From Lachnospiraceae bacterium (GTDB taxonomy: Bacteria > Bacillota > Clostridia > Lachnospirales > Lachnospiraceae), in NCBI GenBank assembly GCA_015057205.1, contig SVEW01000001.1, forward strand, positions 1 to 36,650: DNA of 36,650 bases. Reading direction: 5' to 3'. A program made the translations under genes and the position numbers. The notes beneath the pieces are model-generated. The model was not told the origin of the DNA and ran no database searches. It saw only the letters and a program-made list of their open reading frames with translations. Of this stretch, positions 8,897 to 17,744 are shown in pieces (the stretch's first letter is position 1; every line of letters starts with the position of its first letter).

Positions 8897-9851
8897 GATA
8901 TCAGTCATTGTTCCGGTTTATAATGTGAAGGAATATTTAGAACGTTGTCTAAAATCAGTAGTAGAGCAGAGCTATCCTAATTTGGAAATAATTTTGGTCG
9001 ATGACGGTTCTACGGATGGAAGTGGGGAGTTATGTGACCAATGGAAAGAAAAGGATTGGCGTGTGAAGGTGATTCATAAAGAAAATGGTGGGTTGTCTTC
9101 TGCACGGAATGTAGGTATGAAATGGATTACGGGCGAGTTTTTTTGCTTTGTGGATGCAGATGATTGGATTGCCAAAGACTATTGTGAAAGCATGCTTGCA
9201 AAATGTTTGGAATACGACTGCAATCTCGCAATATGCAGTTTTGTTAGAAGCAATGGATGTAGCAGTAAGATAGAAAGTAACAATTCTGAAAAGATTCTGA
9301 CAAAAGAAAGGGCAATGCATTATCTTGATAACCGAATAGAAGAGGCTTATGTGAAAATGACGGTGGCATGGAATAAATTGTATCATGTTAGTTTGCGCAA
9401 TGTTATTCAATTTCCGGAGGGATGTATTCATGAAGATGAATACGTAATTATGGATGTGCTGCTTGCTTGCGAACGTATAGTGTGGATGGAAGAGGGGCTG
9501 TATTTTTATTTTCAAAGAGCTGATAGCATAACCGGTGCGAGTCAGAAGAAAAATGAACAGCATTGCGATGTGCTTTGGGCATATAAACATAGGCAACAGC
9601 AGTTGCTTAAAGCAGGCTACAAGGAGTTGGCTGCAAATGCCTGGCGAAATAGGATGAGTGCCTGCATTGAGTTTTTAGAATCAAAAAATATGACGATTTC
9701 CGACGAAATGAGATGCCGTTTAAGAAAAGAATATAAGGAAGGTTTAAAAGAAGCGAAGGCATTTGTGGCAGGAAAACGAATTGTAAAGTACAGTTTGTAC
9801 CTTCGTTTTCCCGGAATATACAAAAAGCTGTTTGGCGTTAGAGACGTATAG
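8886..9851 (+). CDS. GT2 family glycosyltransferase
   Basis: ISVIVPVYNV, DDGSTDGS, NGGLSSARN, FVDADD, AWNKLY, HEDEY. Confidence 0.9.
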   Translation: MENKISVIVPVYNVKEYLERCLKSVVEQSYPNLEIILVDDGSTDGSGELCDQWKEKDWRVKVIHKENGGLSSARNVGMKWITGEFFCFVDADDWIAKDYCESMLAKCLEYDCNLAICSFVRSNGCSSKIESNNSEKILTKERAMHYLDNRIEEAYVKMTVAWNKLYHVSLRNVIQFPEGCIHEDEYVIMDVLLACERIVWMEEGLYFYFQRADSITGASQKKNEQHCDVLWAYKHRQQQLLKAGYKELAANAWRNRMSACIEFLESKNMTISDEMRCRLRKEYKEGLKEAKAFVAGKRIVKYSLYLRFPGIYKKLFGVRDV

Positions 9852-10782
9852 CACGGTATAGAAGTGGTGCGAAGGTAAGAAACAGATAATGCAGTTTTTC
9901 ACGCATGGAAAGGTCGGCGTGCTTAAAAATGCGACCGCAGTAGCTACGCATGGTATGCTGTAGGCGTTTTACGTCAGAATGGGTGCCGGCGTCTGTTGTG
10001 AGTGCGGTGTACATAGAAAACGTGAGGATTGTTTCAAATTTTTTTACTGCAAGCCGATAGACGTTGTCAGTTTTTTGTTGTATCAGAATGGCAAAAAGCT
10101 TCTCGAAAGCAGGGGCATACGAAAAAGTATGTCCGTCCGGGAAGAAATTAGGGCCGTGAGTGGCGCTTGTATCACGCTGAAAGTAATCGTATAAAGTTTC
10201 TTTTAGAAAGCATACGCGAAGGTTGCTGTTGGTTAAAAGCAGCGTATTCAGGTATAAGTCTTCGCAGTGGTGTAAGTCGTTGGCAAAGAGATCTTCCGTA
10301 AGAAGTGTGCGACGATACAACTTGTTCCATAGAAAACCCTCTACTCCTTCATCGGTAAAAAGGGATGCTAAGGCTGAGTCCGATTCGGAAGGGAGGTAGG
10401 GAGTGATGATGCCATCTTTGATTGTTCGATAACCGCAGATGCAGATATCTGCATGGCTACGAATAATTTCGGAAACCATTGCCTCTGCATAGGTTGTGTG
10501 AAGCACATCATCCGCATCCACAAAGCATAGAAAGGTACCATGGGCATGGGAAATGCCGGTCTTTCTTGCATGTGAAACACCGTTATGGGGTAGTGGATAG
10601 TAGTGAATACGGGAATCCCTTTGAAGCGCTTCCTGACAGATGGCAGCACTCATATCCGTAGAACCGTCGTCAATGAGCAATAATTCCCAATCTGTAAGGG
10701 TTTGCTTGCGTATGCTGGTGATACATGCAGGTAGCGTGGCGGAAGCGTTGTATAGGGGAACAATAATTGATAACTGACACAT
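9838..10782 (-). CDS. GT2 family glycosyltransferase (opposite strand, 14-bp 3' overlap with the previous gene)
   Basis: LSIIVPLYNA, DDGSTD, GVSHAR, FVDADD, LWNKLY, CEDLYLN; RBS AAGGAG. Confidence 0.9.
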   Translation of the reverse strand: MCQLSIIVPLYNASATLPACITSIRKQTLTDWELLLIDDGSTDMSAAICQEALQRDSRIHYYPLPHNGVSHARKTGISHAHGTFLCFVDADDVLHTTYAEAMVSEIIRSHADICICGYRTIKDGIITPYLPSESDSALASLFTDEGVEGFLWNKLYRRTLLTEDLFANDLHHCEDLYLNTLLLTNSNLRVCFLKETLYDYFQRDTSATHGPNFFPDGHTFSYAPAFEKLFAILIQQKTDNVYRLAVKKFETILTFSMYTALTTDAGTHSDVKRLQHTMRSYCGRIFKHADLSMREKLHYLFLTFAPLLYRAIRL

Positions 10783-10815
10783 GGGGAAGTCTCCTTTTTG
10801 AATTCTCTATTAATA

Positions 10816-10844
10816 ATAGTAAACGTAAAAAAGCATTTTGACAA
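10816..10844 (-). promoter_or_regulatory. Putative sigmaA promoter of the minus-strand GT2
   Basis: Minus strand TTGTCA-N17-TACTAT. Confidence 0.55.
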
Positions 10845-10857
10845 GGGGAGAAAAAGA

Positions 10858-11619
10858 ATGGAAATGCAAAAGATACCGAAAATTATCCATTATTGTTGGT
10901 TCGGTGATGGAGAAATGTCGGAACAGGAAAAAAGGTGCATAGCGAGCTGGCGAAGGTGCTGTCCGGATTATACAATTCAATGTTGGAATGAAACCAATTT
11001 TGATTTTTCGGACTGCCGTTACGCTGTGGAAGCGGCGAAGGCGCAAAAGTGGGGATTTGTAACGGACTATGTACGCTTGAAGGTACTGTATGATTACGGT
11101 GGTTTTTATTTTGATACCGACGTAGAAATGTTAAAAAATCTGGACCCCTTGCGTGAACATAGATTTTTTATTGGATTTGAAACCAATGAACGTGTAAATG
11201 ACGGGCAGGGAGTAGGTGCCGTTGCGCGACATCCAATTATTAAGATGATGCTGGAGAAGTATCAAAAACTTTCGTTTTTTACGGAAGAAGGTAGATACAA
11301 TTTGAAAGAATCGCCACAGTATCGTACGGAGGTTCTCTTAGAAAAGGGACTGCAATTAACCGGAAGAAGGCAGCAGCTTGGGGATGCAGAAATATATCCG
11401 GTAGAGTATTTTTGCCCAAAGAGTTTCCAAACCGGACGAATTCGGGTTACAAAAAATACCTATAGCATCCACCATTTTCGTGGGTCGTGGCATACGAAAA
11501 AGGAACGCCGATATATTCGTATTACGCAGGGGTTGAATCGCCTGATAGGAGAACGGGCGGGAAGTAAATTTGTTCGGTGGTTGTATGCCTGCAACGATTT
11601 GATAAAACATAAGAAATAG
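10858..11619 (+). CDS. GT32 / DXD-type glycosyltransferase (capsular polysaccharide synthesis family)
   Basis: IPKIIHYCWFG, CIASW, DYVRL, YGGFYFDTDVE, YSIHHFRGSW; start moved to the ATG after RBS GGGGAG (10858, or 10864). Confidence 0.9.
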   Translation: MEMQKIPKIIHYCWFGDGEMSEQEKRCIASWRRCCPDYTIQCWNETNFDFSDCRYAVEAAKAQKWGFVTDYVRLKVLYDYGGFYFDTDVEMLKNLDPLREHRFFIGFETNERVNDGQGVGAVARHPIIKMMLEKYQKLSFFTEEGRYNLKESPQYRTEVLLEKGLQLTGRRQQLGDAEIYPVEYFCPKSFQTGRIRVTKNTYSIHHFRGSWHTKKERRYIRITQGLNRLIGERAGSKFVRWLYACNDLIKHKK

Positions 11620-11630
11620 CAGGTAAAGAA

Positions 11631-13154
11631 ATGAGAAGAAAACTGGTTCTTAGGAACTTATTTGTGGCAGGAGTAGGGCAGATAGTTACGTCCCTGTTGG
11701 GGTTGATTGTTCGTGCGGTTTTTGTAAGAACACTTGGTATAGAATATTTAGGTGTAAGCGGTATTTTTTATAATATAATGGCGATTCTTTCACTGTCAGA
11801 GTTAGGGATTGGAATTGCGATTGTATACAAATTGTATGAACCGATTGCTTTAGAGGATGTGGAAAAAGTAAAATCCTATATGGCATTTTTCCGAAAAGCA
11901 TACCTTGTAATTGGCGGAGTGGTACTGGTACTTGGATTGTTGCTTACGCCGGTGGTGCCTTATTTGGCAAAAGACAAAATTAATATTCCCCATATTTATC
12001 TAATATACATACTATTTGTGTTAGAGTCGGCAGTGTCATACGTTTTTTCGTATAAAAAATCGTTGATTATTGCCAATCAAAAGAAATATATTGTGGATAC
12101 CTACTGCAATGCAGGGAAAGTTGCCCGGGCAGTGTTGGGAATTCTATTTCTTATCAAAACAAGAAATTATATTGGATTTTTGGCAATTCAGATAATAACC
12201 GGTGTACTGTTTGATGTTCTTGTGAATCTTAGAGCGAATAAAATGTTTCCTTATTTGCGCGACAGGGTTCATGAACCGCTATCATCGGAGGCGAGCAGGG
12301 ATATCCGTGAAGGCACGAGCGCTATGTTGGTGCATAAGGTATCCACCATTATTGTGAAGGGGACAGACAATCTGCTACTGTCTAAGATTGTTGGCATGGC
12401 GGTGGCTGGAATTTATGCCAATTATGCCATGATATCCAATGCCATTAACGGCGTATTGACTATGATTTTTGCCTCTATGACGGCAAGCATTGGGAATTAT
12501 ACGGTGGTAGAAGAAAAAGAAAATCAACGGGCACTGTTGGAACAATTGAGTTTCTTTGAGTATTGGATCGTGTCTTTTTGCGCAATCAGTCTGGCCGGAT
12601 TATGGAATCCCTTTATTCGGTTGTGGATAGGAAAAAAGTATGTGTTTGCAGAACCGACGGTTCTGATGCTGGCCCTGTGCTTTTATGTCAGTGGACGACG
12701 TATGGTAATATTAATGTTTCGCGATGCGATGGGGCTATTTCGTTATGATTACAAAAAGGCGATAGGTGAGGCAATCGGCAACTTGCTGATATCCATTGTG
12801 TTGGGACACTTTTTTGGAACCATTGGTATTTTTGCCGGAACGGTAATAACGATGGTGGTTATATGTCTACCCATTGAACCAAGGGTGTTGTATGAAAAGG
12901 GATTTGCATGTTCGGCGTTACCGTATTATGGGATGTACGTTCTGGAACTGGTGGTGTTTCTGCTTTTAGGTGGAGGAACTCTGGAAGTGGTTTCCCTGAT
13001 TCAGAAAACGGGGATTGTGGGGTTCATTATGAAAGCAGGGGTCTGTCTGGTTGTACCCAATATAGGGATGATGCTTGTGTGGGGCAAAACCAAGGCATTT
13101 CGTTCCATGCTGGAATTAGGAAGGCGGAGTAAAAGTGATGCAAACGTTGGTTAG
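11631..13154 (+). CDS. wzx: Polysaccharide flippase (Wzx, MOP superfamily)
   Basis: About 12-14 hydrophobic segments; RTLGIEYLG, ELGIG, LYEPIA, TDNLLLSK, ASIGN motifs. Confidence 0.88.
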   Translation: MRRKLVLRNLFVAGVGQIVTSLLGLIVRAVFVRTLGIEYLGVSGIFYNIMAILSLSELGIGIAIVYKLYEPIALEDVEKVKSYMAFFRKAYLVIGGVVLVLGLLLTPVVPYLAKDKINIPHIYLIYILFVLESAVSYVFSYKKSLIIANQKKYIVDTYCNAGKVARAVLGILFLIKTRNYIGFLAIQIITGVLFDVLVNLRANKMFPYLRDRVHEPLSSEASRDIREGTSAMLVHKVSTIIVKGTDNLLLSKIVGMAVAGIYANYAMISNAINGVLTMIFASMTASIGNYTVVEEKENQRALLEQLSFFEYWIVSFCAISLAGLWNPFIRLWIGKKYVFAEPTVLMLALCFYVSGRRMVILMFRDAMGLFRYDYKKAIGEAIGNLLISIVLGHFFGTIGIFAGTVITMVVICLPIEPRVLYEKGFACSALPYYGMYVLELVVFLLLGGGTLEVVSLIQKTGIVGFIMKAGVCLVVPNIGMMLVWGKTKAFRSMLELGRRSKSDANVG

Positions 13155-14223
13155 TATTGTTGTACCGGCTTATAATGTGGAAAAATACATTGCGCGTTGT
13201 TTGGATTCTTTATGTGTGCAAACCTATCAGAAATTGCAAATTATTGTAGTGGACGATGGCTCGACGGATGCAACGGGAGCAATTTGCGATGCTTATAAAG
13301 AAAATGATGAGCGTATTTTGGTGATTCATCAGGCGAATAAAGGTGTTTCGGTTGCGCGAAACCTGGGGCTTTCACAGGCAAAAGGAGAATATTGTGCTTT
13401 TGTTGACGGGGATGATTACATAGACGATTATACCATTGAAACAGCAGTAAAAGCGCTAGAGGATTCCAATGCGGATTGTGTGAACTTTGCATACCGAAAG
13501 GTGGATGAAACAGGAAAAATACAGGAAGTTTATACCTTTCTTCATGGAATGCAAAAACTCGAGACAGAGGAGCAAAAACTTCGGTTTCTACTGGATAGGC
13601 TGCTTTGTTATCGGGTTGGATATGAAGTTTGGGATAAATTATTCCGGATGGATATCATTAAGAACCAGAAACTCGAATTTACGCAAGATTGTAAAATGGG
13701 TGAAGATTTGGGATTTGTAATGCGTTATTGCTTATATGCGAAGTCCATGTTTTGCATGGAAGGACAGTATTATAATTATGTAATACGGGAGAATTCGGCC
13801 ATGGGGCAAGCCGATGTATTTGAAAAAAACATGGAAGGGTATATCTGTTTTTTGAAGGGGGTGTATGATACCTTGGAAAGGGAATCGAGGTTACAGTTTT
13901 TACGAAGTCACTATCCATTGTTATTTGCCAAGGCTATGGAAAACCCAGTGCGGGGACATAGCATAAGTGAGATTACGCAAGTGATAGGAGAACTGTCTTA
14001 TAGAGAGTTTTATCTGGAGCAGATAAAGGAAATTGCAACAATGCGTAAGTGCTTTCGAGAAAACTACGGATCCAATAAATGGAAAAATGTTTGGCGAAGT
14101 TATGTGGCACTTGAAGTTGCGTTGACAAAAGGCACCCGGTGGAAACGCATATATTTGTGGGTGTATAATTGGTATCGGAGATTACGATATGGAGAAGTGA
14201 TAGATACCATGAAGCAGCCATAG
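13135..14223 (+). CDS. GT2 family glycosyltransferase
   Basis: VSIVVPAYNVE, DDGSTD, GVSVARN, FVDGDD, VWDKLF, GEDLGF. Confidence 0.9.
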   Translation: MMQTLVSIVVPAYNVEKYIARCLDSLCVQTYQKLQIIVVDDGSTDATGAICDAYKENDERILVIHQANKGVSVARNLGLSQAKGEYCAFVDGDDYIDDYTIETAVKALEDSNADCVNFAYRKVDETGKIQEVYTFLHGMQKLETEEQKLRFLLDRLLCYRVGYEVWDKLFRMDIIKNQKLEFTQDCKMGEDLGFVMRYCLYAKSMFCMEGQYYNYVIRENSAMGQADVFEKNMEGYICFLKGVYDTLERESRLQFLRSHYPLLFAKAMENPVRGHSISEITQVIGELSYREFYLEQIKEIATMRKCFRENYGSNKWKNVWRSYVALEVALTKGTRWKRIYLWVYNWYRRLRYGEVIDTMKQP

Positions 14224-14247
14224 GTGGCTAAGGAAACTGATTGTATC

Positions 14248-14277
14248 TTTACAGCGAAATAGGCTGCATGATATAAT
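14248..14277 (+). promoter_or_regulatory. sigmaA promoter with extended -10, upstream of the priming transferase
   Basis: TTTACA-N18-TATAAT with TG at -15/-14. Confidence 0.7.
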
Positions 14278-14321
14278 AAATTGTTTATAGTTGTCGGGTA
14301 GATATGGAAGAGGAGAAAGGT

Positions 14322-15725
14322 ATGAATCGATCAAATATTAGAGCAAATACAAATTGCTTTCAGATGATTTTGGATGCTTGTATATTTGCCATTTCATTTG
14401 TGGGAGACGTATTATGGCTTGGACGTGGTATGTCTGTAAAATCTCTTGGAAATATGCTTATTCTAGCTGGTATTTTTGCAATAATTTTTCTGTTGTCAAA
14501 TAAGGAACAGTACCTTTATAACGTGACAATGTTTTACTACATTGATCGCGTACAACGTAAGATTTTGAAATCGTTTATCAGAGCATTTATTGCAACGTCG
14601 GCCGCAATCGTTTTTATGCCACAGATGTGGAACAATCGAATGGTATTTTTTGCTTTTTGTGCAATCGGATACATTTTGATATGTATAAAATCTATTTTGT
14701 TAAAATCTGTTATGGATAATCTGGAGCAGAAAAATGCGCCAAGAACAGCATATGTAGGAAATCCGGAAGAATTTGGAAAATTTAATTATTATATTAGTAA
14801 AACAAGCATTTGTATTCAACAGATTGGCTTTATTGCCATGAGTAGAGAAGCCTATGAGAATGCTTCTCATGAAGACTATATTGGGTGCGTGGATGATTTG
14901 GAGGAGTTGATTCGTGAGCATGCTATTGACCAGATATACATCATGCAGAACGATGAAGATGACTTGCGGGTGACGCAGCGATATGTGGATTTGTGCATAG
15001 ACATGGGGGTAACGGTGCGTTTGGTTGTAGACTTCTACAAGCGACGTGGGGCGGATAGTTACGTTAGTTCCGTGGGAACTTATCCGGTTATTACCTATCA
15101 TACAGTGTCCCTTAATACAAATGAGCAGTTGATTAAGCGAATGGTGGATGTTTTTGGGGGATTGGTTGGAATTCTTGTATTTTCGCCAATTATGTTGATT
15201 GTTGCCATTGCGGTCAAGATTGATTCACCGGGACCGATTCTGTTTAAGCAGGAAAGAGCCGGCCAGAATGGGCGCAAATTTAAAATGTACAAGTTTCGAA
15301 GCATGTATCAGGATGCGGAGAAACGAAAACAGGAGCTAATGGATCAGAATGAAATGAATGGGGAACTGATGTTTAAAATGAAAGAAGATCCTCGTATTAC
15401 CCGTGTGGGGAAAGTGATTCGTAAGCTTAGTATAGATGAGTTGCCACAGTTTTTCAACGTGCTGGGCGGAAGTATGAGTCTGGTTGGTACAAGGCCACCG
15501 ACAATGGATGAGGTAGAGAAGTATCAGAAGAATCATTGGCGAAGAATCAGTATTAAACCGGGGATTACCGGCATGTGGCAGGTAAATGGAAGAAGTTCTA
15601 TACAGGATTTTAATGACGTGGTGGAACTGGATGTTGAATATATTGATAACTGGTCTTTATGGCTTGATTTAAAGATAATGGTGAAGACAGTGTTTGTGGT
15701 ATTGGGGCGTAGCGAGGCATATTAA
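14322..15725 (+). CDS. cpsE: Priming polyprenyl-phosphate hexose-1-phosphate transferase (CpsE/WcaJ-like sugar transferase)
   Basis: Four N-terminal TM helices; Bac_transf motifs KRMVD, SPGPILFKQ, FKMYKFRSM, DPRITRVG, DELPQ, MSLVGTRP, KPGITG; the ATG at 14322 follows AGGAG. Confidence 0.92.
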   Translation: MNRSNIRANTNCFQMILDACIFAISFVGDVLWLGRGMSVKSLGNMLILAGIFAIIFLLSNKEQYLYNVTMFYYIDRVQRKILKSFIRAFIATSAAIVFMPQMWNNRMVFFAFCAIGYILICIKSILLKSVMDNLEQKNAPRTAYVGNPEEFGKFNYYISKTSICIQQIGFIAMSREAYENASHEDYIGCVDDLEELIREHAIDQIYIMQNDEDDLRVTQRYVDLCIDMGVTVRLVVDFYKRRGADSYVSSVGTYPVITYHTVSLNTNEQLIKRMVDVFGGLVGILVFSPIMLIVAIAVKIDSPGPILFKQERAGQNGRKFKMYKFRSMYQDAEKRKQELMDQNEMNGELMFKMKEDPRITRVGKVIRKLSIDELPQFFNVLGGSMSLVGTRPPTMDEVEKYQKNHWRRISIKPGITGMWQVNGRSSIQDFNDVVELDVEYIDNWSLWLDLKIMVKTVFVVLGRSEAY

Positions 15726-15736
15726 AAGCACAAGCG

Positions 15737-16252
15737 CTAGGACTTGTGCTTTATAGCGGATAATCCGTTTTGAATATGGCGTTTGAAATCACGTAGCATA
15801 AAGACGATATAGATGCCAATGCACCCCCCAAAGAGGTCCAGGAGTACGTCGTGAATGGATGAGCCGCGACCACCGCTATAGTATTGGTTGATTTCGTCCA
15901 AAGTTGCTACAAACACGATTAGAAGTAGGATGGCAAGAATTTTTTTGAAGCTGTTGCGACGGTGGTCAAGACGCCACAGCAGATAATAGCCAAAAAAACC
16001 TAATAAATTATAAATAAACAGGTGCGCAACTTTCCGAACCGGGCCATCCAGGCAATTGGCAAGGAATGTAACATCTGCGCTTGTGTGTATATTGGTTGGG
16101 AATTTGGAAACCCAAAGGTTGGTGATGGCTGTTGCAACCTGGCGGCTTGCGCTATGAGATTGTGTAACCGTTTGGTCGGAAAAGTAAAATATTATCGCAA
16201 TGATAGTAAAAATCATGGCGAGAAATAATAAAATTTTCATAAGTTTATTCAT
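15737..16252 (-). CDS. VanZ-family membrane protein
   Basis: IIFYFSDQ, RKVAH, DEINQ, GRG, DVLLD pattern typical of VanZ-like proteins; hydrophobic segments. Confidence 0.85.
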   Translation of the reverse strand: MNKLMKILLFLAMIFTIIAIIFYFSDQTVTQSHSASRQVATAITNLWVSKFPTNIHTSADVTFLANCLDGPVRKVAHLFIYNLLGFFGYYLLWRLDHRRNSFKKILAILLLIVFVATLDEINQYYSGGRGSSIHDVLLDLFGGCIGIYIVFMLRDFKRHIQNGLSAIKHKS

Positions 16253-16288
16253 AACAAAGCTCCTTGAGGATTAAGTGTTCTAGTTGTT

Positions 16289-16317
16289 ATTGTAATACAG
16301 GAAAGAAGGAAATGCAA
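16289..16317 (-). promoter_or_regulatory. Putative sigmaA promoter of the VanZ-family gene
   Basis: Minus strand TTGCAT-N17-TACAAT. Confidence 0.55.
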
Positions 16318-16354
16318 CCAAGCGGAGCTGGGTATGAGATGTTTAGGAGGAAAA

Positions 16355-17038
16355 ATGGAATACGAAGTAAAAATCGACGTAGTTCGTTGCATTCGGGCTA
16401 TGTTTGAAAAATGGTATCTGTACATTTTGTTGGGGATAGTCAGCGTTGGAATTGTGTTTGGCATGAATTATGGAAAAGAGGAATTGTATCAGGGATACAC
16501 AACCATATATTGTGCCATAAACGGAACGTACACGGCAACAGCTGAGAGCATGAAGATTGTAAAATTGAATGCGAAACTTGTAAACAGTAATAAAATTGCC
16601 ACACGAGCAGTGAGTATTATGGGTAATAATAGCATTACAGCAGAAGATGTGCAAGCGATGATTTCCGTCGATTTTTCAGAGGAATCGCCTGTTCTTGGAA
16701 TCGCAGCGGTAAATGCCAGTCCGAAGGTTGCCGTGTCGGTTGCAAATGCGGTTGCGGAGGCATTTGTTATTGAAGCATCCAATATCTCTGCAAATGACGG
16801 AGTACAGATTTTTGACAAGGCGGTTACTGCGGAGCGGGTATCCAAAGGATATGTAAAAAACACGGTATTGCTGTTTGCAGTAGGATTTTTACTGTTAACT
16901 GCAGTCATTGCAGGCGTAGAAATTTTGTCTGATCGCGTTTATCATGTGGAAGATGCAGAACTTGATGGCGAGTTGGAGCTTTTAGGGGTTATTCCCGAGC
17001 AGACAATGAGAGGAAGAGGGGAACGAAACAATGGCTAA
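16355..17038 (+). CDS. cpsC: Polysaccharide chain-length regulator / co-polymerase (CpsC/Wzd/YveK-like)
   Basis: Two TM helices, ANAVAEAF helix, C-terminal LELLGVIP; RBS AGGAGG before ATG 16355; overlaps cpsD. Confidence 0.82.
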   Translation: MEYEVKIDVVRCIRAMFEKWYLYILLGIVSVGIVFGMNYGKEELYQGYTTIYCAINGTYTATAESMKIVKLNAKLVNSNKIATRAVSIMGNNSITAEDVQAMISVDFSEESPVLGIAAVNASPKVAVSVANAVAEAFVIEASNISANDGVQIFDKAVTAERVSKGYVKNTVLLFAVGFLLLTAVIAGVEILSDRVYHVEDAELDGELELLGVIPEQTMRGRGERNNG

Positions 17039-17744
17039 GATAATGAAGGTCTATCAGACGAAGAACTATATGCTGAATGATGCATTCGATCGTATTGTTG
17101 CACGGATACATATGAAAAAGCAAAAAGATAAGATGTCAACGTTTGTGGTATGCGGAACGCAACCGGGGGTGGGAACCACATCGGTGGCCATAAATCTTGC
17201 CATTGCTATGGCAGGTTCAGGGTGGAAAACCTTGTTGATCGATTCAGATTTACGAAAGGTAGGGAAACATAAACACCTCAATGAAACAGAAGATTATGGA
17301 CTGTCAGATTATCTGGATCAAAAAACAGAGATAGAGGAAGTAATATACGATACAAATCACGACCATTTGTCTTATCTACCAAGTGGAATAGAGTCTAACA
17401 GTGTTGTGCGTGGAATTTGTTCAGTGCGGATGCAGCAATTATTAGAGCAGGTAGAAAAAGAGTATGACTACGTAATTGTGGATGTGCCTGCAATGTCAGC
17501 GGCGGTTGATGGAAGTGTTGTAGCCAGCCTTGTGGATGGAACGGTAATGGTAACATCACAGCGAAAAGGTTATACAATAAAAGCAATCCGTGAGGCAAAA
17601 CGTGAATTGGATAGAGTTGGGGCAAACGTTTTGGGAATCATTGTGAACCAGGTAGAACCGGCAGAGTATCGCCGGTCGATGAAGAACTATGATTATTTTA
17701 AAAAGCATAAATACATGAAAAAGAAAATTGGAGGACGGGTATGA
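17031..17744 (+). CDS. cpsD: CpsD/CapB-family BY-kinase homolog with degenerate Walker A (GVGTTS)
   Basis: Walker A' LLIDSDLRK, GLSDYL, Walker B YVIVDVP, LGIIVN, C-terminal Tyr residues; adjacent to cpsC. Confidence 0.88.
   Translation: MAKIMKVYQTKNYMLNDAFDRIVARIHMKKQKDKMSTFVVCGTQPGVGTTSVAINLAIAMAGSGWKTLLIDSDLRKVGKHKHLNETEDYGLSDYLDQKTEIEEVIYDTNHDHLSYLPSGIESNSVVRGICSVRMQQLLEQVEKEYDYVIVDVPAMSAAVDGSVVASLVDGTVMVTSQRKGYTIKAIREAKRELDRVGANVLGIIVNQVEPAEYRRSMKNYDYFKKHKYMKKKIGGRV

Noticed and set aside
14212-14270. Short inverted repeats (GCAGCC/GGCTGC, AGCCA/TGGCT) around the cpsE promoter as an invertible switch
   Set aside because: Only 5-6 bp long, they do not enclose the -10, and there is no recombinase in the window.
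15737-16252. VanZ-family gene as glycopeptide resistance
   Set aside because: No van cluster genes are present; VanZ-like genes are common in polysaccharide loci.
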